Assembly (NCBI GenBank): GCA_903893795.1
Contig: CAITNO010000074.1
Location: forward strand, 18,766-82,765
Reading direction: 5' to 3'
DNA length: 64,000 nt
From: Candidatus Hydrogenedentota bacterium
GTDB lineage: Bacteria > Hydrogenedentota > Hydrogenedentia > Hydrogenedentales > CAITNO01
Made by a program: the position numbers and the translations under genes. Shown here one piece after another: positions 1 to 8,629 of the stretch. The notes below the pieces were generated by a model. That model saw only the letters and a list, made by a program, of their open reading frames with translations, did no database searches and was not told where the DNA came from. Within the stretch, counting starts at the first letter, position 1, and every line of letters starts with the position of its first letter.

Positions 1-159
1 CGCCATTTGTATTCCGGCACGGTCTGGGCGCATACGTTAAAATGCGCAGGGACTTTCATGACGCAATAGTTCAATCTACGGGAATGACCCATCAAGGTGC
101 TGCGCAGGACGCCTGTCTTCAACAAACTCAAGGGGGCGGGTAGAACTTTCGAGCCCGGA

Positions 160-1065
160 TCAAACCGTCCTTGTCATGATAATTAGAGCGGCCTTCCCCA
201 AAAGACTCTTGAGCCTGTTTATTTGATGTGATTCGTGAACGCCGGTTTTACACCAGAGGGCAAAATGTTCACAGTTGTTCGTCGCAACGTTGTATTGACG
301 TTCACCCAGCTTTGAGAGCGCCCTACTGACCGTCTCCTCTGCCGAATGTAGCTCATAGTTTTGCCCTTTGAACCTATCCCAAAATGAAGGAGGCGTAAAG
401 TCTACCAGCTCCTTCGCTCTTATTTCCTCACGATTCACTTTGATTGCTCCGTCTTCAGTTACGAGAAAGTCGGGGACGATGAACTCATCAGCCATGATTG
501 CGTCATCAGACATGCAAGCTGTGGCTGGTTTATCCTCCTTGACCGATTCATCCGCTTCAACGAAGGCCCTCCCGTGCCTTGCGCCGCGCGTGCCTGGAAA
601 TACAAGGATAAAGAAAGTACTAGTGTCTCGCAGAAACCGGCGCAATGAGGTCTTTTGAATCATGGCGTTGGATTTGTCTAAGAGGTCGGAACTGTCGGAC
701 GTGTAGTGGACGACGCAATTGTCTCCGACGTAGACGCCGTAGTGTTCGTAGCCAGGGCAGCCTTTTCGGGTCACTCCTATGATGTCACCCTGTTCCAGTC
801 CGACGGCTTCCTTCTGCAATATCCTCTTTCCGCCCTCGTCGTAGGTTCCAAATGCGCCGTGGAGCCGCTCCATGAAAGGAGCGTCCTCGTAATGGTCCGC
901 CCCAACCAGGGCATTTCCCCGGCGTTCTATACCCCGACCTTCCTCCTCTACCTTCTCGAAAACGGTATCTTCAACGTAGTACCCAAACTTCTCAAGGGAG
1001 TCGCCAATCTTCTCGCGCAGTGCTTCGACAGAGTCGCCCACCTTCTCTTTAAGGTAGTCAAACAT
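160..1065 (-). CDS. LRAT/NC-domain (permuted NlpC/P60) protein
   Basis: HYGVYVG..VVHY and YNVATNNCEHFA motifs typical of the lecithin-retinol acyltransferase family; visibly lower GC than neighbours. Confidence 0.8.
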   Translation of the reverse strand: MFDYLKEKVGDSVEALREKIGDSLEKFGYYVEDTVFEKVEEEGRGIERRGNALVGADHYEDAPFMERLHGAFGTYDEGGKRILQKEAVGLEQGDIIGVTRKGCPGYEHYGVYVGDNCVVHYTSDSSDLLDKSNAMIQKTSLRRFLRDTSTFFILVFPGTRGARHGRAFVEADESVKEDKPATACMSDDAIMADEFIVPDFLVTEDGAIKVNREEIRAKELVDFTPPSFWDRFKGQNYELHSAEETVSRALSKLGERQYNVATNNCEHFALWCKTGVHESHQINRLKSLLGKAALIIMTRTV

Positions 1066-1326
1066 GTATTCATCTCCCAGAACCGTAGAGAATCACTGCA
1101 TTACTTATCGTCCAGCACTTGACATTCGTAAGGAAAGGCAATTTGCAATTCTCAGAATCCTCACGGGTGCCATGACTCTATACAGTCTAACACCAAGCGG
1201 TGAGATTTTCACCACTTGGTGGTTAATTTGCATGGTCAGTTTCGAGAGGACGCCTGAATGACGCCCGTTTCAAGAAGATAGTCCGTCCCGTCCGTGCATG
1301 GCGGCAGGTTGGGGTGTAGCGCCTGT

Positions 1327-1412
1327 GCCGCCCTTTCAGGGCTCCACCCGGTGGTGGACTGGTGACCCGGGGCTGACGCCCCGGGCTATTGTTGTATCGC
1401 ACCTTCGATGCT
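1327..1412. repeat. REP-like palindromic element
   Basis: gccctttcagggc and cccggggctgacgccccggg hairpins; same style as the element at 37064-37311. Confidence 0.55.
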
Positions 1413-1474
1413 CCGGACAGATGGCTACTTACTGCCGTTTCAGAGATTCCGCCCCGGTCGCCGCGCGTGGATTG

Positions 1475-1496
1475 ACAGGCGGGACGCCTGCGGTAC
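1475..1496. repeat. short REP-like hairpin
   Basis: caggcg-gga-cgcctg followed by cggtac; similar hairpins at 39762 and 40936. Confidence 0.5.
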
Positions 1497-1522
1497 GGAA
1501 CCGGGAATCGCTCGATGCCGCG

Positions 1523-2842
1523 TCAGATGTTCCACCCCGGCCTGCGCGCGTAGGACAACAATCGGTTGGCCTGTTCGTCCTTCGGGAAGACTTCCTTTAC
1601 CGGGTCCCAGACAATCTTCCGCTTCAGTTGCGAGGCGATGCCGGCGAGCAGGCAGAGGCTCATGGAGCGGCGGGCCGTCTCGGCGTTGCAGATGGTCTGT
1701 TTGCGGGTGCGAATGCATTCGAGGAAATTGCCCGCATGGATCGGGCTGTGGTAGGGGCGCTCGTCGGTGGGCTTGAGCTGGACGCCGAGCGACTCTTTCG
1801 GCTTGGCCGTGATGTTCTCGCGGTCCACGGCGATATAGCCGTCGGTGCCGACGTAGCAGGCGCCGCCGACGGGGCCGACGTTCTCTCCGGGATAACCGCA
1901 GCAGTGGATGACCAGCCCGTTTTCATAGCGGAGCACGGCGTGGTCCTTTTCGTAGTCCAGCTCGGTGGGACCGGGATGCTCTTTCTCGATGGCCCACTGC
2001 ACGACGTCGAAGTGGTGCGGGCCCCAGTTGGGGTCGCCGTAGGAGAAGAGACCGCAGTTGGCGTTGCCGCCGTTGTAGGGCTGCCAGGGGCCGGGGCCGA
2101 CGTAGATGTCCCAGTCGAAGCCCTCGGGGATGGCGATGCCCGGCGCGGTCACATCCTGCATGTTGGCGGCGAATCCGCCGCCGGGACTGTAGGCGTAGAT
2201 CTCCTTCAGCTTGCCAATGTACCCGTTGCGCACCAGTTCGATGGCGCGGCGGAATTTGCCGCCGTATTCGGCTTCGGAGCGCTGCTGCGTGCCGGCCTGG
2301 TAGACACGCCGGCAGCGTTTTTGCGCTTCAGAAAGCAGTCGGCCCTCCTCGACGGTGATGCAGACCGGCTTTTCGCTGTACACGTCCTTGCCATTCTTCA
2401 TCGCCGTGATTGCCATGGGCGCGTGCCAGTGGAAGGGCAGCGCCATGAGCACTGCGTCAATGTCAGGACGGGCTAGCATGTCGCGGTAGTCGAGGTAGGC
2501 CTCGCAGGACTTGTAGGTCCCCGTGCCTGCGAGTTGCGCGTAGTGGTTGTTGACCCGCTCCGTGGCGATATTGCGCTTGGCGGGCCAGAGGTCGCAGACG
2601 CCCAGCACCTGCACCTCTTTGCGTCCGAGGTAACCGCCTGCAACATAGGTCCAGGAGCCGCCGAAAAGATGGCCCGAGCCCTGGCCGCCCTGGCCGATAA
2701 AGCCCATGGTGATGCGTTCACTGGGGGCCACCGCCCCGTCCCGTCCAAGCGCCTGCGCGGGAACAATAAGCGGGGCCGAGGAGGCGGCCAGCACGGAGGC
2801 GATAAAGCTGCGGCGCGAAAGTGTGGAATTATTCTTGTTCAT
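1523..2842 (-). CDS. Tat-exported Gfo/Idh/MocA family oxidoreductase
   Basis: SRRSFI twin-arginine signal, GFIGQGGQG Rossmann motif, DVYSEKP, QAGTQQRS. Confidence 0.9.
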   Translation of the reverse strand: MNKNNSTLSRRSFIASVLAASSAPLIVPAQALGRDGAVAPSERITMGFIGQGGQGSGHLFGGSWTYVAGGYLGRKEVQVLGVCDLWPAKRNIATERVNNHYAQLAGTGTYKSCEAYLDYRDMLARPDIDAVLMALPFHWHAPMAITAMKNGKDVYSEKPVCITVEEGRLLSEAQKRCRRVYQAGTQQRSEAEYGGKFRRAIELVRNGYIGKLKEIYAYSPGGGFAANMQDVTAPGIAIPEGFDWDIYVGPGPWQPYNGGNANCGLFSYGDPNWGPHHFDVVQWAIEKEHPGPTELDYEKDHAVLRYENGLVIHCCGYPGENVGPVGGACYVGTDGYIAVDRENITAKPKESLGVQLKPTDERPYHSPIHAGNFLECIRTRKQTICNAETARRSMSLCLLAGIASQLKRKIVWDPVKEVFPKDEQANRLLSYARRPGWNI

Positions 2843-2876
2843 TTATCTTTCCTTTGCAGTAATCATAAGCCGTCGC

Positions 2877-2934
2877 GAAAAACAGGGACAGACCCGTCTA
2901 CGCTGCGCTTCGCTTGGGTCAGTCCCGGTTTTTC
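2877..2934. repeat. intergenic inverted repeat (REP-like)
   Basis: gaaaaacagggacagaccc ... gggtcagtcccggtttttc. Confidence 0.55.
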
Positions 2935-5900
2935 ACTTGTCCCTCTTTTGCAGAAACACGTGGACGCCCTTCTTGTTCGAGACGACAATGTCCTGCAGGC
3001 CGTCGTCATTAAAGTCGCACACATTGAACTGGGTGCCCACTCCGGAGTCCTTGTCAATCAGATGCTTCTTGTATGCGACCTTGCCCGGTGCCGGCCGCTG
3101 GAGCTCGAGCCAGAACAGTTCGGACGGTTCCAGCGCGCCGGGGTCGTGCTCGCCGTGGGCGAAGTAGCGCTTGCCGGTGACCAGATCGGGCAGCCCGTCG
3201 TTGTTGATGTCGGAGAGGATCAAGGCGTGCGTCTCCGAACAGCTCTTGTCGATCTCGTGCTGCGTGAAGTTCGTGCCGTCGGCGCTCTGCTCGAACCACC
3301 ACACGCCGTAATCGTGGGCAGAACTGGTGATCACGTCGTTGTGGCCGTCGCCGTTGACGTCATAGACGATCATGTCGGCACAGTCCGGCCCCAGTTTGGC
3401 CGGATGGCCGCCCCAGTCTGGACGGGTGCGGTCCGCGGGGGCCTCCCACCAGCATCCCGTGGTCAGCAGGTCCATGCGGCCGTCGCCGTTGACATCCCCA
3501 ATGCCGGTGCCGTGCCCGAATCTGGCAAACGCCTCCAGCATGTATGACACGGGATAGGCCAGCCACGGCGTCGTTTTGTCCTGTCCCGGACGGAACCAGG
3601 TGATGCGGCCATTCATGGCAAAGACGGGCACGGGCTTGCCGTCGCCCAGCACGTCGGCGAAGAGCGGTGTCTCGCCGCAGGCCTCCGTGGCCAGCAGATA
3701 CTCCTGCCAGTGCTGGTCGGTGCCCGCGCCGGGATTGCGGTACCAATAGGCGGGCGCGCCGGGGAAGCCAACCACAATCAGGTCGGGCCAGCCGTCCTTG
3801 TCCACGTCGGTGGCAAAGCAGGCAAAGGCCTTGCTGTAGCCCGTGGCGGGGTCGTATTTCTCCGGCGTACGGATCTCATGCACTTTCCAGTCGGGGGCTT
3901 CGTACCACACATCGCCGACGAGAAGGTCGTTCAGACCGTCGCGATTCACATCGGCCACGGCCACGCCCTCGGAGCGAAACTCTTTGTCGATGACGATGTG
4001 GTCAAAGTGTACCTTGTCGCCGGGCACGGCCACGGCGACCAATGCCTTGCTCACATCCGTCAACGGCTGCATGGCCGCCTTGGGAAGTTCCGCTTTCTGC
4101 GCGGCGGCAAAGGCCTTGGGCGCGACGGCGGCGATATCGCTGCGGTTGGTCTGCACCAGCTCTTTGGCGATGCGCCCCCACGCCACGGAGGCCTCCGCCG
4201 CCACCTCGGCCGAACCGAGATAACCCTCGACGGTCTTGAGTGCGCCCATTGTATGACAAGCGCCCAGGGGACCAAGGAGCAGCCGCTTTTCCTCGGGACG
4301 CTCGGCCAGGGCCAGTGCCTTGGTCAGCGTGTCTTCGCGGACCGCCGGGTCCATGTCCTTCTTCGAGGCCAGCTTCGCGATGCCGCGGAACACCAGCACC
4401 CGGTGACTGAGGTCGGTGGTGCCGCCCAGCAGGGTCATCAGATAGGGAAGCGCTTCCGGACTGTCCGAGGCGGCCAGCGCCCGAATGGCGGCGTCCTTCT
4501 CCGTCGCATCGGCGCCGCGCGTGGCGCTGTCGAGCGCCTGCATGAGCTTTTCATTGTGCAGACTGCCGCACACATCGAGCAGGGCGAAGCGGGACTCCGC
4601 TTTCCCCCCGTTCATGCCCGACAGGACGGCGTCCGCGAACGCATCGGGCGCATTCAACCGCTTTCCAAGCGCGACCAGCGCGCGCTGTGTCGCCGCGCGT
4701 CCTTTGTCATCTGCCGCCCGTTCCACCGCCTGGCAGAGCAGGGCCGCATCGGCGGCCTCGCCCACTTCGCCCAGCGCCTGGGCAACGGCCACGCGAACGC
4801 CCGCGTCGGGGCTCTGCACAAGTTTGCGCAGTTCGGGCACCACGGCGACCTCCCGACGTGCGCCCATAACATTGGCGATCACGGCCGTCTCGTCGGCACC
4901 GGCTCCCTTCATCCGGTCCAGCAACGCCTTCGACACGTCCGGGGCGTTAATCTGTGCCAGGGCCTGCATGGCCGCGCCGGTGTTTGGCTCCGCGCCGCGT
5001 GCCGCCGCGGCAACAAGCGCGGGAACGGAGGAACCGTTGCCGACCAGGGCCAGCGCCCTGATAGTTGCCAGGGAAATGCCCGCATCGGCGTCTGCGACGA
5101 GCGGTGCCAGCGCGGGCGCGATGTCTTTGTCGCCGCGCTGCGCCAGGGCTTCAATCAGTCCCGGCAGCGCGCCCTTGTTCACCTTGCCCAGCAAACCGCC
5201 GCATTCCTTGGTGATGCCCCGTCCCTCGATGTCGCGCACCGAAGGCAGCGCCGCGTTCCAAAGCTCCGGCTCGGCGCTTTGCAGCGCCGCGGCGATCAGC
5301 TTCTTCGCCTTTCCGCCGCTGGTGCGAATCATGCCGCTGTAGGCCGCCGTGCCCACAAAGCCCTGCGGGCACATCTCATGAATTTCCATGTAGAGTTTGC
5401 GCGCGGGGCGGTCATGCTTTACGCTCAGCGCCTCGGCGCAGCACAGCAGTGAATCCAGCGCGACCGCCTGCAACTTGCCCGTCCCCTTCTTGGCAACCGG
5501 CTTCAATGCGGCAATGGCATCCTTGCCGCCAATCTTGCCCAGCGCCACCACGGCGGAATCGGCAATGAGCGGGTCGGCATCATTCACAAAGGGTGCCACC
5601 CGCTTGGCGTCTTCCGGCTTCTTCCCCGCGCCCAGGCTTTCAATGATGCCCGCCTTCCCCGCGCCAGTGGAGGAACCCAGTGCATCGCACAGCGCCTGGT
5701 GCGCCTCCGGAAAGCCCATCGCCGCCAGCGCCAGCCGCGCGGCGCCAGACAGTTTCTCGTCCTTGAGGCACGCCGCCAGCGCCGGAACACACTTCACGGT
5801 GCCGATCCTGGCCAACTGCGCGCAGGCCTTTTCCTTGCCCGACACCTCGCCCGACCGGTTGAGCGCGGCCAGCAGGAACAGTTCTTCATCCATGCCCACC

Positions 5901-6568
5901 ACCCATACCGGCACTTCGCCGACATTGTCGCCGCAGGTCGCGGCGAACGTGACGGCGATGAGGTCGATGGTGACCAGGCCGTCCGAATTGGTGATTTCCA
6001 GCGCCGTCAGGGGCGATTCCGGATGGGGGTTGCGGACGGAGAAACGCCAGAAACCGATCTTCTGCTCTGTGGTCTCGCTGGTCTTGAAGGCATCCGAGTG
6101 GGCCAGCGCGGCAAAGGCAAGCGGCCCCGGCTTCCACCAGTCATGAATGTTGAGTCCGCTCTCCAGCGGAATCTCCACCTTCTTTCCGTCCGCATAGACC
6201 AGCGTGTAGGCCCCGATCCGGTTGCCGGCATTCTCGGTGAAATGCAGGAAGTGGACGGCCGCGGCGGTTGTCGGCGGAAATTCAACGCGCTGCTGCTTCC
6301 CGGCAGGCACCTTGACCAGAGCGTCCTTCAAATCAAAACGGACCCCGTCAAAATCGTTCGGGCCAAGCGACAGTTTGTTGAACAGACCGTGGAATCCCGG
6401 CACGCTTACCGCGCCCAGATCCACTGGACCCGGCTCGGCGCCCAAGGCCAGCGGCGGCACGATTAAAGCAAACAACACAGCAAAACAGAGCGCGCGTCCC
6501 ATGTGTGTATCACTCCGGCAGTTGTATTCAAAGGCGTCCCCTATGGGCGCACAGCGAAAGCGTTTCAT
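2933..6568 (-). CDS. large secreted protein: N-terminal beta domain, HEAT repeats, C-terminal FG-GAP/VCBS repeats (alternative start 6502)
   Basis: signal-like RALCFAVLFALIVPPLALGA; Ala/Leu-rich HEAT repeats; repeated DVNxDGxxDL motifs. Confidence 0.8.
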   Translation of the reverse strand: MKRFRCAPIGDAFEYNCRSDTHMGRALCFAVLFALIVPPLALGAEPGPVDLGAVSVPGFHGLFNKLSLGPNDFDGVRFDLKDALVKVPAGKQQRVEFPPTTAAAVHFLHFTENAGNRIGAYTLVYADGKKVEIPLESGLNIHDWWKPGPLAFAALAHSDAFKTSETTEQKIGFWRFSVRNPHPESPLTALEITNSDGLVTIDLIAVTFAATCGDNVGEVPVWVVGMDEELFLLAALNRSGEVSGKEKACAQLARIGTVKCVPALAACLKDEKLSGAARLALAAMGFPEAHQALCDALGSSTGAGKAGIIESLGAGKKPEDAKRVAPFVNDADPLIADSAVVALGKIGGKDAIAALKPVAKKGTGKLQAVALDSLLCCAEALSVKHDRPARKLYMEIHEMCPQGFVGTAAYSGMIRTSGGKAKKLIAAALQSAEPELWNAALPSVRDIEGRGITKECGGLLGKVNKGALPGLIEALAQRGDKDIAPALAPLVADADAGISLATIRALALVGNGSSVPALVAAAARGAEPNTGAAMQALAQINAPDVSKALLDRMKGAGADETAVIANVMGARREVAVVPELRKLVQSPDAGVRVAVAQALGEVGEAADAALLCQAVERAADDKGRAATQRALVALGKRLNAPDAFADAVLSGMNGGKAESRFALLDVCGSLHNEKLMQALDSATRGADATEKDAAIRALAASDSPEALPYLMTLLGGTTDLSHRVLVFRGIAKLASKKDMDPAVREDTLTKALALAERPEEKRLLLGPLGACHTMGALKTVEGYLGSAEVAAEASVAWGRIAKELVQTNRSDIAAVAPKAFAAAQKAELPKAAMQPLTDVSKALVAVAVPGDKVHFDHIVIDKEFRSEGVAVADVNRDGLNDLLVGDVWYEAPDWKVHEIRTPEKYDPATGYSKAFACFATDVDKDGWPDLIVVGFPGAPAYWYRNPGAGTDQHWQEYLLATEACGETPLFADVLGDGKPVPVFAMNGRITWFRPGQDKTTPWLAYPVSYMLEAFARFGHGTGIGDVNGDGRMDLLTTGCWWEAPADRTRPDWGGHPAKLGPDCADMIVYDVNGDGHNDVITSSAHDYGVWWFEQSADGTNFTQHEIDKSCSETHALILSDINNDGLPDLVTGKRYFAHGEHDPGALEPSELFWLELQRPAPGKVAYKKHLIDKDSGVGTQFNVCDFNDDGLQDIVVSNKKGVHVFLQKRDK

Positions 6569-6606
6569 GCTGTCGGCCTTCCTCCCGTGACGGGAGAAAC
6601 GGCCCG

Positions 6607-7032
6607 TTATCCCTGCGACTCTAGTACAAATTCCGTGTTCACCACCACATCGGGGTGCAGGCTCTGTTTCACCGGGCAGGTGTCCGCCGCGTTTTCAAGA
6701 CTGGTACGGTCCTTTTCCGACAGGGCCAGACCGGGCGGCAGCGTGATGGTGACGGCAAGTCTGCCGATGCGCCGCACGGGGACCGCCGTCATCTCTTTGA
6801 TGACCTTCACCTTGGTGCCGGTCAGGTCGAGGCCCGCGCGCTGGCCCACAATGCCCATGATGGTGAGCATGCAGGTTCCCAGCGCCGTGGCCAACAGGTC
6901 GGTCGGCGAAAACTGGTCCCCCGTGCCGCCGTTGTCCACCGGCGCCGTGGTGCGCAACTGGGCAGCGGAGGGTCCGTGGACCGCCCCGCAATAGAGTTGT
7001 CCTTCGTAAGCGATGTCGATTTCAACCGCCAT
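6607..7032 (-). CDS. OsmC/Ohr family protein
   Basis: APVDNGGTGDQFSPTDLLATALGTC and TCPVKQSL; ATG at 7032 with GGAG upstream. Confidence 0.9.
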   Translation of the reverse strand: MAVEIDIAYEGQLYCGAVHGPSAAQLRTTAPVDNGGTGDQFSPTDLLATALGTCMLTIMGIVGQRAGLDLTGTKVKVIKEMTAVPVRRIGRLAVTITLPPGLALSEKDRTSLENAADTCPVKQSLHPDVVVNTEFVLESQG

Positions 7033-7284
7033 GGGTGGCTCTCCTGGGTTGGGGTCGGTGAGGCCCCATTCTAGACCAACCCTGCCCAATCGGGCAATCG
7101 CCCCATTGCCGCCGCGCTTCGGGTAAGGATTACGTCTTTTTGGGACGGCCGTTTTGGTTCACCGGCATGCAATTTCTTTCCCGCCAAGTGCCGGATATGG
7201 TAGCATCCTGCCATGTCTGACAAGACCGTTTGCCCGGAGCTTGCGGCGTTTTCCGCCGACCGCTCCGGGTTTGGGAGAACATAA

Positions 7285-8625
7285 ATGATTATTTCTATGC
7301 TTCGCTGGCCTTTTGCCGTCGGCATTTTGCTCTGTTTGGCCCGTTTGGCCCCGGCGCAGGCGCCCGATTTGGACAAGATGGACATTGTGGAGCGATCCAC
7401 ACCCAACGGCCCCGTCGCGTTTGTGGACGGTGTTGCCGTGAGCCGCGAGGAGTTCATCGAAACCTACAAACGGCACGTGAACGAGGTGGCGATGCTCGCG
7501 CATGACAACAAGCCGAGTGACGAGTTTCGCGTGCGCGCCGGGCTGACCACGCTGGGCGAACTGATCCGCCGCCAAATCCTGGTGGCCGAGGCGGCCAAGC
7601 GGGGCGTCACGGTTGGCGAGGCGGAGGTGGACACGGCCTATGCGGAAAAACTGAAACATTTCCAGCAGGACATGAAGAAGCCGGACGGCCCGGCACCCAC
7701 CGAAGCGGAGGTGCTCAAGCTTGCGGGACAGACCCGCCAGGAGGCGCGGGAAAGCCTGCGCCGCCAATTGGTGGAGGAGAAGATGGGCTCGCAAATCGCC
7801 AAGGACAAGGGCGCCAAGGTGTCGGACCAGGACGTTTCGGACTTCTACAACAAGAAACCGGAGCTGTTCAAGAGGACCGGACAGGTCCACCTGAACCAGA
7901 TACTGGTTCCGCCCAAGGGCGGCCCAAAAGCGGACGAGGCCTCCTGGAAAGCAGCCGAGGAAACAGCCAAGAAGGCGCGGGCGCGCATTCTCGCCGGGGA
8001 GACCTTTGACGTGGTCGCCCGCGACATGTCGCAGTCGCCCGACGCCGCCAAGGGCGGCGACATGGGCATGCTCCCCACGGAGCAGTTACCCCCGTTCTTC
8101 GTGGACATTGCCAAGGCGATGAAGCCCGGCGACGTGAGCGACGCTTTCCGCAGCCCCTACGGGGTGCATGTGATCCGCCTCGTGGAAACGGCGCAGAGCA
8201 AGGATGTCACGCTTGCCGAGGCCAAACCGAAGATCCGCGCCATGCTGGAGCAGATGCGCCGCGATGAGGCGGTGGACAAGTTCATTGAGCCGGTGGTGAA
8301 CGATTCTAAACGCACGCAGATGTTCCTCCAGTTGGAGCGCACCCTGGGCGCGCTTACCTTTGACCCCAAGGCGCCGAAACCGTCCATCATGCAGGATGAG
8401 GCCGCGGCCGCGACCTCCCAGGCGACGGCCGCCCCGGCTGCCGCCCCGGAAAAGTCGCAGGCACCGGCGAAAAAGGCCGCCGCAAAGGCCGACACGTCCA
8501 GCACCAAGAAATCCGCCACCACAACGGATGCCCCCCCGAAGAAGAAATCCACGGACGCGACCAAGTCGAAAAAGAAATCCGCGACGGACGCCAGCACCGA
8601 TGCCCCGAAGAAAAAGGCCCAGTAA
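7285..8625 (+). CDS. SurA/PrsA-like parvulin peptidyl-prolyl isomerase with Lys/Ala-rich tail
   Basis: signal peptide; HLNQILV, FDVVARDMSQ, GGDMG, SPYGVHVI parvulin motifs. Confidence 0.85.
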   Translation: MIISMLRWPFAVGILLCLARLAPAQAPDLDKMDIVERSTPNGPVAFVDGVAVSREEFIETYKRHVNEVAMLAHDNKPSDEFRVRAGLTTLGELIRRQILVAEAAKRGVTVGEAEVDTAYAEKLKHFQQDMKKPDGPAPTEAEVLKLAGQTRQEARESLRRQLVEEKMGSQIAKDKGAKVSDQDVSDFYNKKPELFKRTGQVHLNQILVPPKGGPKADEASWKAAEETAKKARARILAGETFDVVARDMSQSPDAAKGGDMGMLPTEQLPPFFVDIAKAMKPGDVSDAFRSPYGVHVIRLVETAQSKDVTLAEAKPKIRAMLEQMRRDEAVDKFIEPVVNDSKRTQMFLQLERTLGALTFDPKAPKPSIMQDEAAAATSQATAAPAAAPEKSQAPAKKAAAKADTSSTKKSATTTDAPPKKKSTDATKSKKKSATDASTDAPKKKAQ

Positions 8626-8629
8626 CGGT

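Noticed and set aside
8360-8629. Arg/Pro-rich N-terminal extension of the M23 ORF
   Set aside because: It is an alternate-frame read of the PPIase Lys/Ala tail.
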